Below are positions 13,823 to 25,424 of a stretch of 64,000 bases of DNA, in pieces. Where the stretch lies: the NCBI RefSeq assembly GCF_009914755.1, contig NC_060947.1; one strand, 5' to 3'. Position 1 is the stretch's first letter. Every line of letters begins with the position of its first letter. The notes under the pieces were generated by a model. The model saw nothing but the letters and a program-made list of their open reading frames with translations. It was not told the DNA's origin and did no database searches. Both the position numbers and the translations under genes were made by a program. This DNA is from the human T2T-CHM13v2.0 reference genome, Homo sapiens.

Positions 13823-14792
13823 CTTGCTAATCCATATATCTGAGCACACCACAGCGTCCTCTCCAAGTCACTGATGACAAAGGCCATTTTTCACAGGGGG
13901 ATATAATCTGCTAAAATCTTCTCCTGCATTCCAGAGTAAGAGCTCCCATATTTCATGGAGCAGGTTAATCACAAATATCAACTGATGAAGTAGCAAGAGA
14001 GGAAAGAGAAGGAACCCTCTGGGTCCATGAAAACTTTTGAAATGGGACCCGTTTTGCTTCCCCTGTTTATGCAACAATAAAACATCCTAAAAGCTTGCAA
14101 CATTTAGCAAAACTCTCTAAAATACCTGGATACAAAATAATATGCTCTTTAAACCAATAGACAATTTATTTAGGAAAGATAATTGATGAGTTATTTATAT
14201 TAGTCCCCAGTGTCCAGCGCCACCATCATTGAGATGAAGTGCTCAGGACAGAGTGAAATCCCTTAATTACTCTCGTATGTGTTGCGTGTTGCAGGAAAGA
14301 AAACATAATGCAAAGTGCTTATATATTTCAGCAGCATAATAGCTTGATGAAGATTTCTAAATTTTTCAAAATGTCATTTCTTTCCAAAAGATGGATTATT
14401 TCTGTTGGGGTTTAGTCTACCTAATTATTCCTGCCTTGATTACTTAACTACTCCAGATATTTCATCCCTCCATGCTCTTATCACGTTCGGTATGTTAGAA
14501 GAACCGAGGCAGCTTATTAGCACAAAGTAGACAATCCTGTTTCCTGGCAGTTAGTGTGGGCGGGTGGGTTACACAGTGGAGCACTAGAGCCTCTCCAGCG
14601 CAGCCTCTATTCACTTGCAGTGGCCTGGGCTCGTCTGAGGCATGTGCTGTCAGAACTTTATTGCCTCTCCTAGACCAGTGTCCACCCTTCCCCCATCCCA
14701 GGAGCCAGAGCACGTGAATTCCCCTTTGCTCTCCAACTCTCTTTCTTGTACACGACACAAACCTTGAGTATGGGCTCTGCATTTCTCTAGAG

Positions 14793-15262
<470 letters not shown>

Positions 15263-15437
15263 AATTTTTTTTCCTTTTAAAATACTTTACAAATTTCATG
15301 CTGTGGTTATTGTCTGTATTAAACCGGAAATTGGGAGGTAATAGCATTTATTTGTTTGAGTTTGTAAATATCCAGTGTCCAGCTCTAGATTCAATGAGCA
15401 AAATAACTATTTAGGTAAAAGGTAAGGACCTCACTGA

Positions 15438-15517
15438 GGAAGGAAGGAAGGAAGGAAGGAAGGAAGGAAGGAAGGAAGGAAGGAAGGAAGGAAGGAAGGG
15501 AGGGAGGGAGGGAGGGA
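15438..15517 (+). repeat. (GGAA)15 followed by (GGGA)5
   Basis: Counted 15 uninterrupted GGAA units at 15438-15497, then GGGA units. Confidence 0.97.
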
Positions 15518-15689
15518 GGTTGGATGGGAGGGGAGGGGAGGAAGAAAGAGAGAAAGAGAGGAAGAAAAAGATATACGCAGTTGGAAAAGCCAGATTCTAG
15601 AACATCTCTGGAAGGTGTGATTCTAAAGCAAGCACAGCTCCACGGCTGGACTACAAGGAATGTGGCTTTTCTCTGTGTTTTCCTACTGC

Positions 15690-16240
15690 ACGGGGCTAGC
15701 AGGGGTCGATTATCCTACCAACCTGAGTCATTCTTCACTAACGCGGGGGGCGATGGGCAGAGGGCAAGCCGGGAGGCCAGTGCCTGCCCGGGGCGCACCT
15801 GTCACGCTGAGGGAGGGCAGCCCGCGCCCTTTGGCTGATCCCACTGCCTGGAAACGAGCCAGACTCCTCTGCCTTTGAAATCCTGTTCCTTGGAGCAATC
15901 CCGGCTCGCTAGGTTTAATTGTTTCGTCTCTTTTTTTCTGGTTTATGAAGCCGCCCTGCCTGAAGTCCGCCCCTTGCGCAGCGGCCCGGAAAGGTGGGAG
16001 GAGTGCAGGCTGCGCTCCCCGCTCGGGGAGAGTCGGTTCCTATTTCCTGATTATAAAGAAGCATTCTTTGGGAGCTGATGAATTGCGGCGGGGCTAGGGC
16101 CGGCAGGACGCGCACCTGTGATGCTCTGCAGCCGCCGGAGTCTGTTTATGCATCAAATGTGCCCACAGATTTTTCCTGGTGCTTGGGGAGACGGGGGAGG
16201 CGGTGCGGGCAGCCTCCCGCCCCCCTGCTCCCCGCCCCCC
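15690..16240. promoter_or_regulatory. Small non-repeat CpG island-like element
   Basis: About 35 CpGs in ~550 bp by hand count. AP-1 TGAGTCA ~15724, GC boxes (ccgcccc ~15967 and 16217-16240), TATAAA ~16052. Confidence 0.7.
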
Positions 16241-16275
16241 AAACACACACACACAGGTTTGAAAGCCTCTGAGAC

Positions 16276-16431
16276 CTTGCTACTAAAAATGTGGTCTACG
16301 GACCAGCAGCATCACCTGGGAGCTTGTTAGAAATGCAAATCTCGGGCCCGCCTAGACCTACTGAATCAGCATCTGCATTTTAATGAATCCTGGGGTAATT
16401 CCCTATTTACGTTAAAGTTTGAGAAGCGCGA
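16276..16431. mobile_element. MER5A1
   Basis: gctactaaaaatgtggtctacggaccagcagcatcacctgggagcttgttagaaatgcaaatctc...aaagtttgagaagc. Confidence 0.85.
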
Positions 16432-17405
16432 CGCAGGGGTCCACGGCAAGAAAAGGTTAAGAACTCTGATCTCAGACAAGGAAAGGGAGGAAAGAGGAGG
16501 GAAAGTCCAGTCCCGGATTTGGAAGGGGGAGCGGAGGGTTAACCCTGAGGTTTACCGCTGGAGTGGAAGACAGAGAAATTAACATATGGAGTGAGTTAGC
16601 GGAGAGGTCGTTGAAATTGGGAGTAAACACAGGCAGGGGACAGCTCAGTTTGCCCAGGGGGAGGGGTGGAAAGAGAAGAGATGGGGTTAAGTGGGTGCCA
16701 CCCACACTCCCAGGAAAGTTGGGTAGGTTGCATGCTGTGACCTTTGGCTCCTCCTCCCGCGTGTTTTCTGAGACTCAACCAACACATTTTGGCACGCACA
16801 CAGGGTAGACCACAAAACAGCAGAGGCCAGAGCTTGAGGGCAGGCGTGGAGCCGAGGTAAAAAGCACCTGGGAGTTTCTTAATAAGCAGGCTGACGTGGT
16901 GAAAAAAATTCTAATGCAGGAAGAAAGAGAAAGCACGTGGTCATAAAAAGTGTGCCCTGGCATCCTACATCCATACCCAAGAGGACATGCCTGGCAGAGA
17001 GTGCACCCGTGGAGCCAGGGTGACTGCAATCCTCTTGGGCCCAGATCAGCTCCTGTCTGTGCCCAAGAACCAGCTCGCTCTCCATTTTCTGCACTAGGGG
17101 AGGAGAGAAGAAGTCCTGAGAGTGTTAAAGAGCAAGTAATCCAAAAAGAAATGACATGGATTTGGCATAAGGGCCTTTCTAGGCCCCCATCTGACACCCT
17201 CTTGCCCTCACTTACTGTCAGCGCTGCTGGAACCAGGTGGTGGTGGTGAGGGAAGGAAACTTGAGTTACAGCTCCAAAGCAGGAGAGATACTTTCCAAAT
17301 CTGAAGTAGGTGACACACTTCCAGACACCCCTCTATGGCTCTTTCTTCAGTCCTGTTCAACATTTTTTTGCAAGGGGCAGATGGACCAATGTAAGACAAA
17401 CACCT

Positions 17406-17711
17406 AGCTGGGCGTGGTGGCTCTGCCCGTAATTCCAACAGTTTGGGAGGCCGAGGCAGGCGGATCACTTGAGGTCAGGAGTTCGAGACCAGCCTGGCCA
17501 ACATGGTGAAAACCAATCTCTACTAAAAATATAAAAATTAGCTGGGCATGGTGACGCACGCCTATAGTCCCAGCTACTCGGGAGGCTGAGGCACAAGAAT
17601 CTCTCTTGAACCCGGGAGGCAGAGGCTGCAGTGAGCTGAGATTGTGCCACTGCACTCCAGCCTGGGTGGCAGAGTGAGACCCTGTCCCCAAAAAAAAAAA
17701 AAAAAAAAAAA
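17406..17711 (+). mobile_element. AluS (Sz-like), full length
   Basis: Dimer with long A tail; TSD aagacaaacaccta/aagacacacaccta. Confidence 0.95.
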
Positions 17712-17984
17712 AGACACACACCTATCAAATTTCTGGTTGCCCCAAGCTGGCAGAGCAATTAAAAGACTGGATAATCTACTAGGATTCCAGTGATGTTCCC
17801 ACAGACTGTTACAATAGAGATAGTCGCATCAGTATTTTTATTCATTCATTTATTTATTTTCCTCTGCATCCTCTTGTATAAAGGTTTTGAGACGATTTGC
17901 AGAAATTATAGTAAATTACATTCAAATATTTAAATAAAAATGCAAAAGTCGTATTCCGTTCTAGTACCAATTAAAATTAGCAGT

Positions 17985-18360
17985 CAAGACTGATGGGAAT
18001 GGTGACATTTGATAGGGAAAAATATAAAGTCCTAGCCTCGATCCAGGAAGCAGAAGTCCAGGTATAGGATGTGAGGAATGTGTCTTAGTGACATCTTGGA
18101 TGAAAAAAAGCTGTAATGGCCACTAAATTCAGTATAAGTAAAGAGTGGGGGATGGTGGCCGGAGAAAAAAGAATCCTGCTATAGGCTACAGTCAGATGTA
18201 ATTGTCTATGAAAAGGGAAATGATAGTCCCACTCTTGTCAAGACCACTCCTGGCACATTCCGCTCAGTTCTGAAAGTCATACTTTGAAAAAGTCATTAGC
18301 AAACTGGACGTATTCAGAAGACAGCACCCTGGAGAGTGAATGATCATGAAACATGAAGCA
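17985..18360 (+). mobile_element. L3/CR1 ORF2 3' fragment
   Basis: gggaaatgatagtcccactcttgtcaagaccactcctgg...tcagttctg...cattagcaaactggac matches the CR1/L3 RT C-terminal region. Confidence 0.75.
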
Positions 18361-18624
18361 TAGAAGTAGACTATGTCCTAGCTCCTGTGTCGAGTACCAG
18401 AGGAATAACATCACAAAAATACATGGCCATAAACTTACAGCCCAGTGAATGAATCAGATAAATAAGTAAACACCAGGAAAAGAGCAGGCTAAGCCAGACT
18501 ATGGAATCTTGGAAGAAATTGTGGAAATTATGAAACATTTTGGACTGGGTGACATCCAGCATTTATCACTCTCAACAGCTGAAGAAATGAGTGTCTCTAT
18601 CTTACAAGGGGAAATCCAAGCAGT

Positions 18625-19002
18625 ACATCTGCTATGGGGTACATGGATCTAAGAATCTGACCATCACGGCTTAAACAAATAAGATATAGTTTGCTCATGC
18701 GACAAGAAAAGAGGAAGTAGGCAAATATCTGTCCAAGAATGTCAGCACCTTAGTCTCTGCGATTCTTTTGGTCCCTCCCTCATGGTTACAAAATGCCTGC
18801 TACTGCTCTTGCCTTCATGTCTACCTTCTAGCAGGAAGAAGAGGAAAGAGCAGCACCTGTATCAGGGGAATAAAAACTTTCCCAGGAACCCACAGCAAAC
18901 TTCTGTTTAGAGTCATCAGCCTAAAGTGTGGCCCATGGTTCCACGATGTGGTTCCTTGTCAGGAATGAGGGTTGGGTTAGCCAATCAACAGTGTCTGCCA
19001 CA
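18625..19002 (-). mobile_element. MLT1J/K-like MaLR LTR
   Basis: ggcttaaacaaataaga...ctcatggttacaaaatg...caacagtgtctgccaca. Confidence 0.7.
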
Positions 19003-19887
19003 AATGAGTTTCAAGTTTCAGGCTTGGGAGCGTGAAGGGATGGTGGTGCCATCCACAGAGACAAGAAATACGGAGGAGGAGTAGGTTTGCTGGGCGCAGG
19101 AGTGGCAGTTGCTGAGTTCAGCCTTGGACATGTTGAGAAGCCTGTGAAATGTCTAAAAACAGAGATGGCACATGGACAGATAAGATGTGAGGGCTTAGAT
19201 TGCAACTGAGAGATCTGTACTAAAACATGGATACAGGAGTCACCAGCAAAGAAGCGGGAATGAAAGCCCTGAGTACAAGTGAGGTCCCTCGGAAGACGGA
19301 GCAGAGCGAGTGGGCTAGAAGGCCTGGGGTGGGGGCCAGTTTGGCTTTTAGGCAGAATGTTGTTCGAAGAGAGGAGTCTAGAAGTATGCAGAGAAGAAAC
19401 AGCCAGAGCAAGTGGGAAACCTGGAGTGACTGGTTCGCAGAGGCTGTGGGAAGAAAGTATTTCAAGGAAGGAAGGAGCGACAGGGACAGCCCACGCCGTG
19501 GACACTCACTCATCCCTTCAGCCCACCTGCAAGGTCATCTGAAGCTATGGGGCCATTCCCATGCATGCCGACAGCCTCTGCCAACAGCGATGACCTGTAG
19601 CTGGAGTGTGATGTATTGTCTGGTTTGGTTTTTTATTTAAGATGGAGGTGAGTTGGTGGAAAAGCCTCATAGAGAGAATGCATTGGAGGGACAGGTGGGA
19701 GGACAGTTGGTTAAGTGCCTCTGGAGGCAGGGGCCGGGAAACGTGTCTTGGTATAAGAGGCTATCTCTTCACTAAGCCTTCAAGTAGGGAGGCAAGAACA
19801 AGAGGCAGAAGGAGATAACTCAGTAGGTAGTGAGAAAAGGAGGGGCTTCTTACATGATGACCTTTTATTTTCACATCAAAGTAGGGA

Positions 19888-20450
19888 ATAACAAGAGGAA
19901 TGAGTTCATATTCCAACAAGACATGCACCAGAATGTTCATGGCAGATTTATTCATGATAGCTCCAAATTGGAAACCATCCAAAAGTCTGTTTAATCAAAG
20001 AATGAAATTACAAATTCTGGTTTATTTCATGCAATGGAATACCATACAGCAATGACAAAGATCAAACTAATTGCAACAACGTAGATGAATCTCACAGATA
20101 TTATGTTGACCTAAAGAAGCCAGATATGAAATTTACATATGTAAGTGTATATATGTAAATTTGTATATATGTAAAATATGTACAGCATATACCGTATTTA
20201 TGTGAAGTTCAAAAACAGGCAAAACTCATCTGTGGTGATAAATGGCAGAATAGTGGTTACCTGGGAAGGACAGGTTATTGTCTATGAGGGGTCCAAGGGA
20301 ACTTTCTAGTTTCTGGGTAATGAGAACCTTTGGTATCTTGATTTGGGTGGTGATTTACATGAGTACAGATGTATGTAAATATTCATCAGATGACACTTAA
20401 GATTTGTGCACTTTACTGTTTGTAGTTATATTTCAACAATAAAGAAAACA
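19888..20450 (+). mobile_element. L1ME 3' end
   Basis: aagttcaaaaacaggcaaaact...cacttaagatttgtgcactttactg; perfect TSD aaagtaggga at 19878-19887 and 20451-20460. Confidence 0.85.
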
Positions 20451-20760
20451 AAAGTAGGGAGGTAGGATCAGTAGCAAATAAAATGGAAGATGACCAGTAA
20501 GAGACTGAAGACAGAGGTCAAAGCTTAAAGTAGCAGAGATTATTAGTCATGTGACTATTAGCCAGGGACTTAGTCACATGACTAAGGGCACAAAGAAAGA
20601 ATGTCAAGAAGCATTTAAGGCCCAGATGAGGATGGATAACATGGATTTGCCATGTTGTAAGGCCACAGTGATGCGTTTTCTCCAACAGCACAATGGGCTT
20701 AAGAATAAAGATGTCCAGCAGTCACATTGATCCAGAATTAGAGTTTTGCAGAACAGATGA

Positions 20761-21108
<348 letters not shown>

Positions 21109-21499
21109 GGGATTCTGGCTTCTTCATTTGAAGCCAGAAGTCACTAGAAAACAGAGAGTCCTTAGGTTGAGGCAGTCAAAGCACAGGTGTTTGAGAAGGG
21201 AGAAGGGAGGGAGAGGTGGAGAAAGCTAAGATTTCAGACATGGAGCAAATTTGGCCATTGGTGTGGGCTACTGGAGCCATGGTATCTGAGGAAAGTGCTA
21301 GGAGACTAGAGAGGTTTACACTGGGGGAAAAGATGGCAGCAAGCACATCAGCTATATCCAACTGTTTCAACTGTGGTTATGTGCAAGAGAAATTAGATGT
21401 GTCTGTAGGAACTTAGTGGGGAAAACTAGGGCCAATCATGGGAGATGGACCCTGTGAGGCAGATATTGCCCCTTAATAGGTGTGCCTTCCACACCTAGA

Positions 21500-21790
21500 T
21501 CCAGGGGTTCGGGTGCAAAGTGACAAATTGAGTGTAGAGACAGATTATCACCTCCCTTGTTCTAGCTTACATACTTCTATTAATGCTGTGCAGCTGGATA
21601 ATGCTTTGCTATATTAACTTATAGATTTTTTTTCTGTCTGTATTATCCCCTTCCTTTCCCATTTGAACATGCTCCCAGCCTCACTTAATTTCACTGTTGA
21701 CTCACCGTGCATGTGGTACTTGAAGTCCTCACGGCTTTTTCAAATGCACCTTGTTTAGCTTTCTCTCTCCATCCTGTTTACTTGGGCCAC
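21500..21790 (-). mobile_element. L3/CR1 fragment
   Basis: gattatcacctcccttgttctag...acttctattaatg...cactgttgactca...tccatcctgtttacttg. Confidence 0.65.
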
Positions 21791-22009
21791 AAGAGTTTGT
21801 GGGAGGGAAAGTAACTCCTCACTCCAGAATTTAAGATAAGGGAAATAAGTTTGCCCCTGAGCAGTAAACTAAGCCATCAACATTTAATGTGTCAGAACAG
21901 AGTCACCTTGAACGGATGGAATTCCCAGGCCAGTGAGACTTGGCTGCAGCCTGATTGAAGTTGTTAGGAAATTAGAATGTGTCCATCAGACAGCAGGCTG
22001 GGGAGGTCC

Positions 22010-24756
22010 TGGCTGGATACCTTGCATTTTTCCCTCCGGCATCACTCTCCTTCCTCTTCCGCCTGTTCTGGCCCAGATAAGATGACCTGGCCTCATGCTT
22101 TCCTGGAGTTCAGCCAACAGGAAGCCCAGAAGGCGATCAGAGGGAACAAGGGGAGTAGGGTTCATTTACTTCTTCCCCTGGCTCCCCCTCCACCACCACC
22201 GCCCCACAAGGGCACCTCAAGCTGGCTGCACCCTTCACCAAACGTCATTCAGTGCCTCCCTTAAGGTTTCTTCTTCTATACTTGGGTTCTGGTAGCCACT
22301 CTATACCCCTCATTGCTTTGTGCTTAGGGATGTTACCAGCCCCAGGTTTCTGTGCTAACGTTTGTGGTTCCCTACCCCACACACCTCTGTAAATAGTACC
22401 TGTATTAGTCCGTTTCCACGCTGCTGATAAAGACATACCTGAGACTGGGCAATTTACAAAAGAGGTTTATTGGACTTACAGTTCCATATGGCTGGGAGGC
22501 CTCACAATCATGGCAGAAAGTGAAAGGGACGTCTCACATGGCAGCAGACAAGAGAAGAGAGCTTGTGCGGGCAAATTCCCATTTTTAAAGCCATCAGATC
22601 TTGTGAGACTCATTCACTATCAGGAGAACAGAGCAGGAAAGACCTGCCCCCCAGAATTCAATCATCGCCTCTCACTGGGTTCCTCCCACAACACGTGGGA
22701 ATTGTGGGAGTTACCATTCAAGATGAGATTTGGGTGGGGACACAGCCAAACCATGTCATTCCACCTCTGACTCCTCCTAAATCTCATCCTCACATTTTAA
22801 AACCAATCATGCCATCCCAACAGTCCTCCAAAGTCTTAACTCATTTCAGCATTAATTCAAAAGTCCACAGTCTAATGTCTCATCTGAGACAACGCAAATC
22901 CCTTTCACCTATGAGCCTGTAAAATCAAAAGCAAGTTAGTAACTTCCTAGATACAATGGGGATGCAGGAATTGGGTAAATATGGCCATTGCAAATGGGAG
23001 AAATTGGCCAAAACAAAGGGGCTACAGGCCCCATGCAAGTCCGAAATCCAGCAGGGCAGTCAAATCTTAAAGTTCCAAAATGATCTTCTTTGACTCCATG
23101 TCTTGCATCTGGGTCACACTGATGTAAGAGGTGGGTTCCCATGGCCTTTGGCAGCTCCACCCCTGTGGCTCTGCAGGGTACAGCCTCCCTTCTGGCTGCT
23201 TTCATGGGCTGGCATCGAGTGTCTGTGGCTTTTCCAGGTGCATGGTGCAAGCTGTCAGTGGATCTACCATTCTGGGGTCTGGAGGATGGTGGCCCTCTTC
23301 TCATAGCTTCACTAGGCAGTGCCCCAGAAGGGACTCTGTGTGGGAGCTCCAACCCCACATTTCCCTTCCACACTGCCCTAGCAGAGGTTCTCCATGAGAG
23401 CCCTGCCCCTGCAGTAAGCTTCTGCCTGGACATCCAGATGTTTCCATACATTCTCTGAAATCTAGGTGGAAGTTCCCAAACCTCAATTCTTGACTTCTGT
23501 GTACCTGCAGCCTCAACACCACGTGGAAGCTGCCAAGGCTTGGGTCTTGCACCCTCTGAAGCCACAGCCAGAGCTGTACCTTGGCCCCTTTGAGTCACAG
23601 CTACAGCGGCTAGGAAGCAGGGCACCAAGTCCCTAGACTGCACACAGCATGGGGATCCACAAAATCATTTTTGCCTCCTAGGCCTCCAGGCTTGTGATAG
23701 GAGGGGCTCCCATGAAGACCTCTGACATGTCCTGGAGACATTTTCCCCATTGTCTTGGGGATTCACATTTGCCTCCTCATTACTTAAGCAAATTTCTCTG
23801 GCTAGCTTGAATTTCTCTTCAGAAAATGGGATTTTCTTCTCTATCACATTGTCAGGCTGCAAATTTTCCAAACTTTCATGCTCCGCTTCCTTATAAAACT
23901 GAATGACTTTACCAGCACCCAAGTCACCTCTTTAATGCTTTGCTGCTTAGAAATTTCTTCCACCAGATACCCTAAATCATTTCTCTCAAGTTCAAAGTTC
24001 CACAAGTCTCTAGGGCAGGGGCAAAATGCCACCAGTCTCTTTTCTAAAACATAACAAGAGTAAACTTTGCTCCAGTTCCCAATAAGTTCCTCATTTCCAT
24101 CTGAGACCACCTCAGCCTGGACTTTATTATCCATATCGCCATCAGCATTTTGGGCAAAGCCACTCTACAAGTCTCAAGGAAGTTCCAAGCTTTCCCACGT
24201 TTTCCTGTCTTCTTCTGAGCCCTCCAAACTGTTCCACCCTGTGCCTGTTACCCAGTTCCAAAGTCACTTCCACATTTTCGGGTCTTTTCAGCAACACCCC
24301 ACTCTACCGGTACCAATTTACTGTATTAGTCCATTTTCATGCTGCTGATAAAGAGATACCTAAGACTAGGCAATTTACAAAAGTAAGAGGTTTATTAGAC
24401 TTACAGTTCTACGTGGCTGGGAGGCCTCACAGTCACAGCAGAAGGTAAAAGGCACATCTCACATGGTGGCAGACGAGAGAAGAGAACTTGTAGAGGCAAA
24501 TTCCCATTTTTAAAGCCATCAGATCTTGTGAGACTCATTCACTATCATGAGAACAGCACAAGAAAGACCTGCCCCCATAATTCAATCACCTCCCACTGGG
24601 TTCCTCCCATGACACATGGGAATTGTGGGAGTTATAATTCAATATGAGATTTGGGTGGGGACACAGCCAAACCATATCAGTACCTTTGCAATAAGCCTTC
24701 CTTAGATTATCATAATGTGAGTGTTTGAACTCACTGTTTGCTGTTTGACCCCTGAG
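22010..24756 (+). mobile_element. LTR33 (parts 22010-22400 and 24680-24756), split by THE1
   Basis: ttcagccaacaggaagcc...ttcccctggctccccc...cacacctctgtaaatagtacc, resuming tttgcaataagcc...gacccctga. Confidence 0.75.
22401..24679 (-). mobile_element. Full-length THE1B-like MaLR provirus: LTR 22401-22758, internal 22759-24321, LTR 24322-24679
   Basis: Two ~358-bp LTRs (tgtattagtcc...ccatRtca) flanking THE1-int; exact 5-bp TSD GTACC at 22396-22400 and 24680-24684. Confidence 0.95.
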
Positions 24757-25149
24757 GGAAACCAAGTCAGAAATAGAAGTTGGGAGTGTCCACCTCACAA
24801 CCCTCAGACAACTAGGCAGTTCTGGGACTCACCTGCAGGACCGGGGGACAGCCAATGGAATCATCCAGTCAACTGGTTTCTAATTGTAAATGCTCACAAT
24901 AACCTTTCTGCTCATTCTAGCACCTTCATGTGAACTTGGATCCAGAGCTGGCTTATCCTGGCCATCATGAGATTCTGTTTCTGAGCCTACAAAGCTGAGA
25001 GCCACACCAGGTGGTAGACAGGCCACCAAGGTAAATGTCCCCCTGAAGAAAGCTGCCTGAGGCCCAACCAGCCCTGCCCCATGTCACAATTTGTCACTGT
25101 TGTGCCACACATGCCACTTTAATAGTGTGCACTGAAGACTAGACATCAC

Positions 25150-25330
25150 GTAGAATCATAGGCTTATAGAGCTAGAAGGAGCCTTAGAGATGAGAAGGCC
25201 TGGTCTGGGCTCTTCATTTGAAGGTGAGAGTGCTGGCCACTAGAAAGGCTAGATAACTTGCCTGTGTACTATGCAGAGAGTGAGTTGGTCAGGGCCAGTC
25301 CCCAAGGCAGTGTCCTTCTGGCCACACTTT
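25150..25330 (-). mobile_element. MIR/MIR3 fragment
   Basis: tagaatcatagg...agagctagaaggagccttagagat. Confidence 0.55.
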
Positions 25331-25424
25331 CCCACTGCCCCTCTACACAGGTGCATCTGTATGTGGGCTCTGGGATCAATCAGCCGGAAGAATTTTACAG
25401 ACAGTAAGGGTGAGTTTGTCAGGG

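Noticed and set aside
14213-14232. ccagcgccaccatc as a CTCF site
   Set aside because: Only the GGTGGCGC half matches; the other half is mismatched.
16890-16950. TGACGTGG, CACGTG and GTCATAAA motif hits
   Set aside because: Single short motifs are expected by chance in 64 kb; no independent support.
22936-23643. 235-aa ORF, the longest in the window
   Set aside because: Lies in the THE1 internal region; a decayed MaLR sequence, not a host gene.
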